Source: an uncultured Patescibacteria group bacterium
GTDB lineage: Bacteria > Patescibacteriota > Microgenomatia > UBA1400 > PJMF01
Reading direction: 5' to 3'
Assembly (NCBI GenBank): GCA_905478415.1
Contig: CAJQIG010000001.1
Location: 8,818-72,817, forward strand
DNA: 64,000 bases
The notes under the pieces are model-generated. The model ran no database searches, was not told where the DNA came from, and worked only from the letters and a program-made list of their open reading frames with translations. A program made the position numbers and the translations under genes. Shown here piece after piece: positions 9,217 to 19,066 of this stretch; positions within the stretch are counted from its first letter, which is position 1, and every line of letters starts with the position of its first letter.

Positions 9217-10794
9217 ATGTCTGGAGAACAAAAACGATTACTTGAAAAACAACTTTGGGCTGTAGCCAATGTTCTCCGGGGAAAAATGAATGCAGACGAA
9301 TATAAAAACTATATTCTTGGCTTCATTTTCTACAAATATCTTTCAGAAAAACTTGCTCGCTATATTGACGAAAAACTTCTGGCTAGTGAAAAATTCTCTT
9401 TTGCAGAGGTAGACGACTCAACTGACGAAGGTCAACATATTGTTGAGCATATTAAGAAAGCTACCATTGATCACTTGGGCTTTTTCCTCAAACCTACAGA
9501 GCTTTTTTCTTATATTGTCAGAAAAGGTAATGGCGAGATTAAAGGCCATGATACTTTTATTTTAGAAAACCTCAAAAATGTTCTTAACTCTATTGAGCAA
9601 ACCTCAATGGGCACAGCGAGTGAAGATGATTTTAAGGGACTATTTGATGACGTTGATTTAACATCCACAAAACTTGGTAAGTCAGAGAACAAAAAGAACG
9701 AGGTGATTGTTGAGGTTCTTACTTTGCTCAGTGGTATTGATTTTAAACTAGAAGACACCAAAAGTGATTTGCTCGGTGATGCTTATGAATATCTTATCGG
9801 TGAATTCGCAGCAGGAGCAGGCAAAAAAGGTGGTGAATTTTATACACCAGCTCAAGTTTCAAGACTTCTTGCAAAGATTGTGACCCATGGCAAAAAACGA
9901 GTTAAATCTGTTTATGACCCAACCTGTGGTTCTGGCTCTCTTCTTCTAAGAATTGGTGAGTATGCCGATGTTGTTTCCTACTATGGACAAGAACTTAACC
10001 CAACCACATATAACCTTGCTCGCATGAACATGATATTGCATGGGGTGCACTTTGATCATTTCAGCATTCGAAATGGAGATACCCTCGAAGATGACATGCA
10101 TTTAGACTTACAAGCAGAAGCAGTGGTGGCTAATCCTCCTTTTTCTGCAGACTGGAAAGGCGATAAAGATCCGACTCTAGCTCATGATGAAAGATTTGCT
10201 CAGTATGGAAGACTTGCTCCAAAAGGTAAGGCTGATTACGCATTTGTAACTCACATGCTTCACCATCTTTCAGATAGTGGAACAATGGCAGTGGTGCTAC
10301 CACATGGTGCACTGTTCAGAAGTGGCGCCGAAGGTACAATTCGAAAATATATTATTGAGAAGCAAAACTACCTTGATGCCGTCATAGGTTTGCCAGAAAA
10401 TCTTTTTTATGGAACAGGTATTCCAACTACAGTTTTAGTATTCAAAAAATGCAGACAGGAAGATGATGAAGTTTTGTTTATTGATGCATCCAATGGGTTT
10501 CAGAAGGTAGGTAATCAAAATCAGCTTAATGAGGAGCATCTAGAAAAGATATTTCAAACATATGTAAATAGGAAAGAAGTTGATAAATACTCTCACAGAG
10601 CAAGCTTAGAAGAAATTGTGGAGAATGACTACAATTTAAATATTCCTAGATATGTGGACACTTTTGAGCAAGACGATCCTGTTGACTTGGATTCAGTTTC
10701 AAATGAACTGAAATCTTTGCAGGAAGATGAGGAGAAATTAAAAAAAGATATTACTGACTTTTGCAGAAAATTAGGAATAGAAAAACCTTATTAA
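9217..10794 (+). CDS. hsdM: Type I restriction-modification methyltransferase subunit
   Basis: GEFYTP, YDPTCGSG and NPPF motifs; N-terminal LW..AN.LRG. Confidence 0.96.
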   Translation: MSGEQKRLLEKQLWAVANVLRGKMNADEYKNYILGFIFYKYLSEKLARYIDEKLLASEKFSFAEVDDSTDEGQHIVEHIKKATIDHLGFFLKPTELFSYIVRKGNGEIKGHDTFILENLKNVLNSIEQTSMGTASEDDFKGLFDDVDLTSTKLGKSENKKNEVIVEVLTLLSGIDFKLEDTKSDLLGDAYEYLIGEFAAGAGKKGGEFYTPAQVSRLLAKIVTHGKKRVKSVYDPTCGSGSLLLRIGEYADVVSYYGQELNPTTYNLARMNMILHGVHFDHFSIRNGDTLEDDMHLDLQAEAVVANPPFSADWKGDKDPTLAHDERFAQYGRLAPKGKADYAFVTHMLHHLSDSGTMAVVLPHGALFRSGAEGTIRKYIIEKQNYLDAVIGLPENLFYGTGIPTTVLVFKKCRQEDDEVLFIDASNGFQKVGNQNQLNEEHLEKIFQTYVNRKEVDKYSHRASLEEIVENDYNLNIPRYVDTFEQDDPVDLDSVSNELKSLQEDEEKLKKDITDFCRKLGIEKPY

Positions 10795-12039
10795 ATGAAC
10801 AATAATTTCAACATAAAACCCTTATTTCCTCAGCTAAGATTTCCAGAATTCAAAGACCCTTGGCAAAAAAAACAACTTAGCGAAGTTGGAACTGTAGTTT
10901 CAGGTCTGACATACAAACCTTCTGATGTGGTAGATGATGGTATTTTAGTATTAAGGTCTTCAAATATCAGGAAGGCTAAACTTTCTTTCAAAGATAATGT
11001 TTATGTTAATCCCAAAACTGTTTCGTTTAATGCAGTAATGGAAAGCGATATACTAATTTGCGTTCGTAATGGCAGCAAGAGATTAATAGGGAAAAATGCT
11101 TTAGTCGATAAAAATGCTGAAGGATCAGCATTTGGGGCTTTTATGAGCGTATTTAGAAGTGAATCAAATAAATTTATCTTCCAACTTTTTAATTCAGATA
11201 CTTATAAGAAACAAGTTCACAGAAATTTAGGTGCAACCATTAACTCTATTAACGGCAGTGATTTAAAAAAATTCACTTTCGGTTTTCCATCAAAAGATGA
11301 GCAGGAAAAAATTGCTTCATTCCTCGCTTCTGTAGATAATTGGATTGAAAATTTAGAGAAGCAAAAAAACTCGCTTGAGGAATATAAAAAAGGAATTATG
11401 CAAAAAATCTTTTCTCAAGAGATAAGATTTAAGGATAAAAATGGGTGTGAGTACCCTGAATGGAAAAAAATCAAGCTTAGAAAGCTGTCAAAAGTAATTA
11501 CTAAGGGTACAACACCAACTAGTTTAGGTTTTTCATACCTAAAAGAAGGTGTTAATTTCATTAAGGCAGAAAACATTAATCAATACTCAGAAATTTCTAT
11601 TTCAGAAACAATGAAGGTCTCGTCTGAATGTAATCAAGCTTTAAGTAGATCATCTTTGGAAGAAAATGACATTCTATTTTCAATTGCAGGTACTTTGGGT
11701 CGTACGGCGATAGTGAAAAAAAAGGACCTTCCAGCTAACACCAATCAGGCTTTAGCAGTTATTAGATTGAATAGCACTGTAGATGTTTTCTTCATAGAAA
11801 AATTTTTAAATTCTCAAATGATTGAAAAATATATTTTACAAATGCTTTCAGTAGGTGCTCAACCAAATCTATCATTAAAACAAGTTGGAAATATTGAAGT
11901 CAACTTACCATCAATAAAAGAGCAAATGCAAATTGCTTCATTTCTATTTTCAATTGAGAATTTAGTCGAATCAAAAAGCAAGCAAATTACAAAAGCAAAA
12001 GAGTGGAAAAAAGGACTGTTACAACAAATGTTTGTATAG
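10795..12039 (+). CDS. hsdS: Type I RM specificity subunit
   Basis: PQLRFPEF, two TRDs, repeated P...EQ.KIASF...KKG.(M/L)Q conserved regions. Confidence 0.95.
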   Translation: MNNNFNIKPLFPQLRFPEFKDPWQKKQLSEVGTVVSGLTYKPSDVVDDGILVLRSSNIRKAKLSFKDNVYVNPKTVSFNAVMESDILICVRNGSKRLIGKNALVDKNAEGSAFGAFMSVFRSESNKFIFQLFNSDTYKKQVHRNLGATINSINGSDLKKFTFGFPSKDEQEKIASFLASVDNWIENLEKQKNSLEEYKKGIMQKIFSQEIRFKDKNGCEYPEWKKIKLRKLSKVITKGTTPTSLGFSYLKEGVNFIKAENINQYSEISISETMKVSSECNQALSRSSLEENDILFSIAGTLGRTAIVKKKDLPANTNQALAVIRLNSTVDVFFIEKFLNSQMIEKYILQMLSVGAQPNLSLKQVGNIEVNLPSIKEQMQIASFLFSIENLVESKSKQITKAKEWKKGLLQQMFV

Positions 12040-12048
12040 ATAAAAGAT

Positions 12049-14844
12049 ATGGCACAATCAGAACTACAACTAGAAAATGAATTAATAGCACAACTTGGAA
12101 ACTTGGGTTTTGATAGGGTTTCTTTGCCAGATGTTGAATCACTAAATCATAACCTTAAATCACAACTAGAAAAGTTTAATAAAACAACTTTTTCAGATAC
12201 AGAATTCTCTCGCATACTCAATCACCTAGAAAAAGGTGATCGCTTTGTAAAAGCTAAGACTCTGCGTGATAGATTTGTGTTGACTCGAGATGACGAAACA
12301 AAGTTCTGGGTGCGATTTTTCAACATGGATAAGTGGTGTAAAAATGAGTATCAAGTTACCAATCAGGTTACGCAAGCTGGAAGGTATGAAAATCGTTATG
12401 ACGTTACTCTTCTCATAAATGGTCTTCCTTTAGTTCAAATTGAACTCAAGCGCCGTGGCGTTGAAATGAAAGAAGCTTTCAATCAGATTCAACGTTATCA
12501 CAAGCATTCTTTCTCTGGAACCCTATTCGAATATGTCCAGATTTTTATCATTTCCAATGGTGTAAATACAAAATACTTTTCTAATAATCCAAAACAATCA
12601 TTTGAACAAACCTTCTATTGGACAGATGAGGAAAACAAAAAGATCACTCAGCTCAATGAATTTGCAGAAGTATTTTTAGAGAAATGCAAAATCTCAGCCA
12701 TGATAGCTGAATATATTGTGTTACATGAATCACTAAAAATTCCAATGGTACTCCGCCCTTATCAGTACTATGCAGTCAGAGCTATTGAGCAAAAGGTTAA
12801 AGAAACTAACCAGAATGGCTATATTTGGCATACCACTGGTTCTGGAAAAACCTTGACTTCATACAAAGCCAGTCAGATTCTTTCACAGTTACCCGAAATT
12901 AAAAAAGTTATCTTTGTAGTTGATCGCAAAGACCTCGATATCCAAACAACAAAAGAGTTTAATCATTTTTCTGATGGTTCTGTTGATGGCACAGATAATA
13001 CTCGCAACTTAGTAAAACAACTCAAAGATCCTAATAGAAAACTCATCGTTACAACAATTCAAAAGCTAGATATTGCTGTTTCCAGAGAATCGTATCTTAA
13101 ACAATTTGAAGATCTTCAAGATGAAAAAGTAGTCATTATTTTTGATGAATGTCACCGTAGTCAGTTTGGATTAACCCACAATAGAATAAAGAGCCATTTT
13201 AATAAAGCCCAGCTCTTTGGATTTACTGGAACACCTATCTTCGCTGATAACAATGTTGGTGGGGTTACAACAAAAGATGTTTTTGGTGAATGCTTGCACC
13301 GCTACATTATTACCCACGCTATTGATGACAATAATGTGCTTGGCTTTGCAGTTGAGTATGTAGGTAAGTACAAGAAAAAAGACCCTGACACGCTAGATGC
13401 TGATATTTTTGCCGAAACAATGGTTGAAGGAATAGACACTAAAGAAGTTCTTGAAAGTGATGAGCGAATTCAAAAAATAGCTGAGTATATTCTTCATGAT
13501 TGGAGGCGTAAAACAAAGAATGGCAAGTTTAATGCTCTTTTTTGCACTCCAAGCATTGAGGTATTAAAGACATACTACACGCTACTTTCTGCTAAGAAAC
13601 CTAAAGATTTTAAAATCGCTACAATTTTTACCCACCAAGCAAATGAGGATGGTAGTGCAGATATGCTTGATGTTGACGTGTTTGCTGATAAGGATGATTC
13701 GTTAAATCAGCATTCAAGAGACTTCTTAGAAAGCTGTATCAAAAACTACAACAAAGATTTTGGCACTAATTACTCTACTGACCGATTCTATGATTATTAT
13801 CGAGATCTACAGAAAAGAATTAAAAACAAAGAAGTTGATCTAACTATTGTGGTGAACATGTTCTTAACTGGATTTGATAGCCCGAGACTTAACACTTTGT
13901 ACGTTGACAAGAATTTACGTTACCACGGATTAATCCAAGCATATTCTAGAACCAATCGTTTATTAAATTCTGATAAGCCTCATGGAAACATCGTTTCCTT
14001 TAGAAACCTTAAACTGAATACTGACAAAGCTCTGGCTTTGTTTGGTGATGAAAATGCTAAAGAAGTTGTTTTCAAAAAACCATATGAGGTTCAGAAAAAG
14101 GAATTTGAAGAAAAGCTTGCTCACTTACGAGTAAAAGTACCCACTGTTTCTTCAGTTGATGATTTGCGAGGTGAAGAAGATAAGGCTGCTTTTGTTAAAA
14201 GTTTTAGAGATTTGCTTCGTATTAAGTCATCATTAGAAACCTTTGCAGAATTCTCTTTTGATGACTTGGGAATTACAGAACAAGAATTTTATGATTACCA
14301 AAGTAAGTATCTTGATATTCATGAAGAAAGAAAAACTCACGAACCAGAAAAAGAATCTATACTTGATCAAATCGACTTTGAGTTGGAATTAACTGTTCGC
14401 GATGTAGTTGATTTTGATTACATTATTCAGTTGATTGCTGGACTTAAAGACATTAGCTCTGATGTGGTTCGTGAGAAGAAGACTGAAGATATCCTTAGAT
14501 TATTTGATCGCGATGTGAAACTTCGTAAAAAGAAAGAACTCATCCGTAAATTTATTGAAGAGAACCTACCTAAAATTAGAGAAGATGAAAATGTTGAAGA
14601 AGCCTTTGAGAAATTCTGGGCAAGTGAACGCTCATCTGCTCTGCGAGAAGTAGCACAAGCTGAAAATATTCCACTAGAAAAGTTTGAAAACATTATTGGC
14701 GAGTATCTATACACACAAAAACTCCCACATGGACAAGATATTGTTGATCTTCTCCCAGAAGCTCCAAGAATTCTTGAGCGCCAAAGTATTATAGATCGCG
14801 TGAGGAGTGCTATTGAGAATATTGTAGATATGTTTGAGTGGTAG
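12049..14844 (+). CDS. hsdR: Type I RM restriction subunit
   Basis: RYDV..NGLPLVQIELK nuclease motif, HTTGSGKT, DECHRS, FTGTP, QAYSRTNR. Confidence 0.96.
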   Translation: MAQSELQLENELIAQLGNLGFDRVSLPDVESLNHNLKSQLEKFNKTTFSDTEFSRILNHLEKGDRFVKAKTLRDRFVLTRDDETKFWVRFFNMDKWCKNEYQVTNQVTQAGRYENRYDVTLLINGLPLVQIELKRRGVEMKEAFNQIQRYHKHSFSGTLFEYVQIFIISNGVNTKYFSNNPKQSFEQTFYWTDEENKKITQLNEFAEVFLEKCKISAMIAEYIVLHESLKIPMVLRPYQYYAVRAIEQKVKETNQNGYIWHTTGSGKTLTSYKASQILSQLPEIKKVIFVVDRKDLDIQTTKEFNHFSDGSVDGTDNTRNLVKQLKDPNRKLIVTTIQKLDIAVSRESYLKQFEDLQDEKVVIIFDECHRSQFGLTHNRIKSHFNKAQLFGFTGTPIFADNNVGGVTTKDVFGECLHRYIITHAIDDNNVLGFAVEYVGKYKKKDPDTLDADIFAETMVEGIDTKEVLESDERIQKIAEYILHDWRRKTKNGKFNALFCTPSIEVLKTYYTLLSAKKPKDFKIATIFTHQANEDGSADMLDVDVFADKDDSLNQHSRDFLESCIKNYNKDFGTNYSTDRFYDYYRDLQKRIKNKEVDLTIVVNMFLTGFDSPRLNTLYVDKNLRYHGLIQAYSRTNRLLNSDKPHGNIVSFRNLKLNTDKALALFGDENAKEVVFKKPYEVQKKEFEEKLAHLRVKVPTVSSVDDLRGEEDKAAFVKSFRDLLRIKSSLETFAEFSFDDLGITEQEFYDYQSKYLDIHEERKTHEPEKESILDQIDFELELTVRDVVDFDYIIQLIAGLKDISSDVVREKKTEDILRLFDRDVKLRKKKELIRKFIEENLPKIREDENVEEAFEKFWASERSSALREVAQAENIPLEKFENIIGEYLYTQKLPHGQDIVDLLPEAPRILERQSIIDRVRSAIENIVDMFEW

Positions 14845-14857
14845 TAAGGGAAAAAGA

Positions 14858-17116
14858 ATGTATATATCAAGGGTTTACATAAGGAACTATCGCAATTTTG
14901 AAGAGTTTGATTTATTTATTCCTGATGGAAGTCCTTTAACCATTATCGGTGGAAATAATTGTGGAAAAACTAATTTTCTCCAAGCCATCAGGCTTGTTTT
15001 AGATTCTGGCATAGCTCCTTGGGACAAAAGACTTACAGAAGAAGATTTTTGTTGGAGTATAGGTGAAGAACCTTGGAAAAGCGGCGAGCAAATTGTTATC
15101 ACAGTAACTTTTAGCAATGTTACTGATAAAGAGGAAATACAATCACTATTGCACTCAATTGCTCCTGTGTATGACGAGGAGAGTGTTTTGTCTTCTAAAT
15201 CTGCAGATAGTCTGGAAGCTAATATTTCATTTGTGTTTGCACCATCTACCTTGAACAAGGAAGGCGACTATGACCTGATCGAGGACTACATTAGTTTTCT
15301 AGTTGCTGGTCGGTATCATCCTTCTGGATATTATTACCTACCAGACGGTAGTACTAAGGAATATGGTGATACGGTTATTTCTGGCTTATATTCTTGTCCT
15401 AGTAAAGAGGAGTTCTACAAGTATTTTTATTTGTCAGAAGACAATATTAAAAAACTCGAGGATGATTCGTCAGCCACATTTGAAAAGCAACTTGCTAAAC
15501 AGTCGTATCCTAACAAGGTGCGAAAACACATTAATTTACTTGCTCTAGATGCTCTTAGGGATGTCAAAAACGACTTTTACTTCGGTTATCGTTCTTTAGT
15601 GTCACAACTAATCAGAGGCGGCATAAAAAATAGTAAAAAAAACCAGATATCCAAAGAGGTGTCTGCTGCTTTTAAGAACCTTAGAACAAGCGGAGCTATT
15701 CCTGAAGCTAACACCATTCTGGATGATATAGAAACAAGACTACAGAACAAAGACATAAATCTTTTGTCAGATAAAGCAGACTTAATTATTGGTACTCCCA
15801 GAGTCACTCTTGAGAATATCGGTCGCTATTTCAATTTCCTAGTTAATCTTAAGGAAGATTTGAAAAGCGACCAGGACATGGAGACCATTGGTCTTGGTTA
15901 TCAGAACCTTGCGTATATTTCTGCCATTTTTGCCCTTTTTGAACTGAAGAAGGAACTTTCTTTAAATGATACCGATGAGAAAATTCGTATTGTATATAAT
16001 CTGCTACTGATCGAAGAACCAGAAGCACATCTGGATGTTCAAAATCAAAAGTATCTTCATACTCAAATCGAAAACAAGACGCAGAAATTGATGGAAGTGA
16101 AAGCGGCCGATGATGATGAAACTGAGGGTGAAGATGCTCCACAGTTTTTTGCATTTACTCAAGTAATTCAAACTTCTCACTCAACTCACTTAGCTTCCAA
16201 ATCTGACTTAAAAAATCTTGTTGTATTACAAAAAGGTGTCAATCAAGCAAGAGCTATAAACATTGATAGTGTATTACGACTTGATGATGACACATACAGC
16301 CACAATAGGAGAATATTAAAACAGTATCTTGATGCTACAAGGTCTTCATTACTCTTTGCAAGAAAAGTAGTTTTAGTTGAAGGACTCTCTGAAAAATATT
16401 CAGTAGGTACCCTTATTAACACGCATTTAAAGCAACAACGTCCTGAGAGCAATGTTGACATCGATAGCGAAGGAATTGAGGTTGTTGAGGTGGGTGGAAA
16501 GATCTTTGAGCCATTTAATGCCCTTTTTCAGAATGACCAATCTATTGGGCTTAACAACAAATGCTTGAATCTCCGAGATGGAGATTCTCATTTAGAGTCT
16601 CAAGTAGTCGCTGATTATGAGACAAAATACAACGACCTTAATCCTTCCTCTACTACCACACCTCAGCTGGATACTAAAAAAAACATTTACACCTTTGAAA
16701 TCGACTGTTTTTTCTTACCAATACCAGAAGATATAACTAGAAATAATATTGAGTATCTCAAGCTTATTTTGTATAGGTTTATGAAGGATGGAGACTACTT
16801 CAAAACAGATGACACTTTTACAAGGAAACTAGCTGCGATTGATAGCTTTGCCCAAGAGATTGTTAATCATGGAGTAGACAAGGACAAGTTTGAGAAGTTT
16901 TTCACAGATATTCTAGGCCATGAAGTCTCTAAGCCTTCCATATCTTTATATCTGTCCTCTTTGCTGAAAGCTAAATTGCTCGAAGACGTTACTGAAATTG
17001 AAACTTGGGGTGACACTCCGGACACAGAAGTTGGCATTACACCTTTTAGTGACCTGTCTGAGTTCATCATGCCCAAGTACATCAAAGATGGAATCTCATG
17101 GCTAATTACAGACTAA
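14858..17116 (+). CDS. GajA-like OLD-family ATPase-TOPRIM nuclease
   Basis: GGNNCGKT, GLGYQN signature, IEEPEAHL, TSHS, VLVEGLSE, RDGD; ATG 14858 preferred over TTG 14834. Confidence 0.85.
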   Translation: MYISRVYIRNYRNFEEFDLFIPDGSPLTIIGGNNCGKTNFLQAIRLVLDSGIAPWDKRLTEEDFCWSIGEEPWKSGEQIVITVTFSNVTDKEEIQSLLHSIAPVYDEESVLSSKSADSLEANISFVFAPSTLNKEGDYDLIEDYISFLVAGRYHPSGYYYLPDGSTKEYGDTVISGLYSCPSKEEFYKYFYLSEDNIKKLEDDSSATFEKQLAKQSYPNKVRKHINLLALDALRDVKNDFYFGYRSLVSQLIRGGIKNSKKNQISKEVSAAFKNLRTSGAIPEANTILDDIETRLQNKDINLLSDKADLIIGTPRVTLENIGRYFNFLVNLKEDLKSDQDMETIGLGYQNLAYISAIFALFELKKELSLNDTDEKIRIVYNLLLIEEPEAHLDVQNQKYLHTQIENKTQKLMEVKAADDDETEGEDAPQFFAFTQVIQTSHSTHLASKSDLKNLVVLQKGVNQARAINIDSVLRLDDDTYSHNRRILKQYLDATRSSLLFARKVVLVEGLSEKYSVGTLINTHLKQQRPESNVDIDSEGIEVVEVGGKIFEPFNALFQNDQSIGLNNKCLNLRDGDSHLESQVVADYETKYNDLNPSSTTTPQLDTKKNIYTFEIDCFFLPIPEDITRNNIEYLKLILYRFMKDGDYFKTDDTFTRKLAAIDSFAQEIVNHGVDKDKFEKFFTDILGHEVSKPSISLYLSSLLKAKLLEDVTEIETWGDTPDTEVGITPFSDLSEFIMPKYIKDGISWLITD

Positions 17117-19041
17117 AACTAGGAACAGATTTTGACCTATCACCGAAACAGATAGAGATAGTAGAGCGCAATAAAGATACTTTAGTTCGTGCACTCCCAG
17201 GTAGTGGTAAAACGACTATCTTAACTCTCAAAATAAAAAACCTATTACTAGATAATCCTCAGCTAAATAAATTATGCTGCATATCTTATACCAATGTAAA
17301 TGTAGAAGACCTGGAATCTAGTTGTTCACTTATTCTAGACAGTGAGCAAATAAAAAAAATTGATTTCTTAACATTCCATAGTTTTTGCTTACAGTACATT
17401 TTGACTCCATTTTCTTATCTTTACAGGAGCAGCAAGGGACTTAGACCGTATAAAAAAATCTTTAACTTCGGCGAGCATGGATCAGATCTCATTGATTACT
17501 TAAGTGACAAAGGTGTTGAAACAGCTGAGATTCAAAAAATTATTGATACTGAAAAGATTTATTACAATTTCAAGTTTATAAATAACTCCTGGAAAATAAC
17601 CAGCAATACCCATAAGGCATCTACCGTCAGTAAATACCTCAACTTTTTAAATTCCGAAAGACTCATAGACTTTAACTTGATCAGCCTTTTATCTCTATTC
17701 ATAGTTCAACAGAACCCTGTTGTTCGGCGCGTTTTAAATAAGTCCATTGATTGGATGTTTATTGATGAGTTCCAAGATGTTTCAGAGATACAATGCAAAA
17801 TAATTGAAGCTCTTAGTAAGAGTCGCATGAAGAATAACTCAGAGACGAAGTGGTTTATGGTTGGAGATCCAAATCAGTCAATTTATGGCTTTGCCGGAGC
17901 AAACCCTAGAAGTATGTACGATATGCGTAACTTCTTTAAAATGTTACACGATGGCGAAGAGTGTGAAATTAAGCTCGATAAAAGCCACCGTTGTTCTGAT
18001 GAGGTTTTTGAATTCGCTAAAAAGAATTACAACTCTGTTTTGCGTAAAGTCAAAAATTCACAACTGGTTCAACAGTTGCCAGGAGAGGATATTGTCGGGT
18101 ATTTAGAGGATATGGAGATTGCAGACGACTTGCAAGGAAACGGTGGTGACGGAAAAGTAATTATTAAAACTACCATTTCAGCCGTGAGTGAGATTGTAAA
18201 CTTAAAGTTTAATGAGTTACTAGATCAGGAAGTCTGTTGTATTGGTATCAATCGTTTTAATTCTATCGATGTTTATAAGCAATATATGCTTCATGACAAC
18301 ACCGATGAAGGAGACGGCTTTAGCCTCTACGCCGAACTTTATAAAGATTACGAAGAGAGATATGGGTTCAAATACTTTTCACTTTTTGTTAGATACTTAA
18401 TCTTAAAACACCATTTTTACAACAACAGACTCAAGTATCAGAAGTCACTTGAGAAATTTATTTACTCTTTGGGCTTGCTTCTCTCGGATAAATTAAATGT
18501 TGAAATGCAGCCACAAGTACTATCAAGTATTACTGTTGATGCCATCGAAATAACTTCACCACTGGCCCCGACAAGCACTGTCTTTGATGAGTTTATTGGC
18601 TTTACTGGTCGATTAGTTACAAGCTTGAATAGTAATTTGGAGTTTACTGATGGAGAGGAAGCTATCTTTAGCACAATCTCAGAAGCTGACAGGATAACCA
18701 ATATCAATGGTGTTACTGAGCCAACGCTCGCTAACTTCATCGCCTACATTACTCGATCAACTCCTGAGAAGCTAACTTTTGAAATAAAGCATATTCATAA
18801 GATTAAGGGCTTGGAATATGAACAGGTTATTGTTCAAAGAATTGAAGATCTTCCTCATAAGTCAAACTACGGAGTACATTTTGCTATCTTTGGAACAAGG
18901 TCGTTTCAGGCAAATGCTGGTCAAATCTATGACTACGTCCAGGAACTCAATAAGCTCTATGTCATGTTAACAAGACCAAGAAAGAATCTTTATATTATAA
19001 AAAATCAATATAAGCAAAGTCATTTTTTGGCTGCTCAATAA
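17098..19041 (+). CDS. GajB-like UvrD/PcrA helicase
   Basis: ALPGSGKTT, TFHSF, DEFQD, VGDPNQSIYGF, HKIKGLEY, YVMLTR; overlaps the OLD nuclease gene (Gabija-type pair). Confidence 0.85.
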   Translation: MANYRLKLGTDFDLSPKQIEIVERNKDTLVRALPGSGKTTILTLKIKNLLLDNPQLNKLCCISYTNVNVEDLESSCSLILDSEQIKKIDFLTFHSFCLQYILTPFSYLYRSSKGLRPYKKIFNFGEHGSDLIDYLSDKGVETAEIQKIIDTEKIYYNFKFINNSWKITSNTHKASTVSKYLNFLNSERLIDFNLISLLSLFIVQQNPVVRRVLNKSIDWMFIDEFQDVSEIQCKIIEALSKSRMKNNSETKWFMVGDPNQSIYGFAGANPRSMYDMRNFFKMLHDGEECEIKLDKSHRCSDEVFEFAKKNYNSVLRKVKNSQLVQQLPGEDIVGYLEDMEIADDLQGNGGDGKVIIKTTISAVSEIVNLKFNELLDQEVCCIGINRFNSIDVYKQYMLHDNTDEGDGFSLYAELYKDYEERYGFKYFSLFVRYLILKHHFYNNRLKYQKSLEKFIYSLGLLLSDKLNVEMQPQVLSSITVDAIEITSPLAPTSTVFDEFIGFTGRLVTSLNSNLEFTDGEEAIFSTISEADRITNINGVTEPTLANFIAYITRSTPEKLTFEIKHIHKIKGLEYEQVIVQRIEDLPHKSNYGVHFAIFGTRSFQANAGQIYDYVQELNKLYVMLTRPRKNLYIIKNQYKQSHFLAAQ

Positions 19042-19066
19042 ATATTAAGTAATAAACAATCTATAT

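Noticed and set aside
10795-12039. Phase variation or shufflon in hsdS
   Set aside because: Only A8 runs, which are common in this AT-rich DNA. No extra hsdS half-genes, invertase or flanking inverted repeats.
14427-14870. Antisense and alternate-frame ORFs (this one, 7616-7900, 14887-15258, 36783-37115, 41375-41719, 61636-62046 and similar)
   Set aside because: They are shadow ORFs overlapping well-supported genes and have no motifs.
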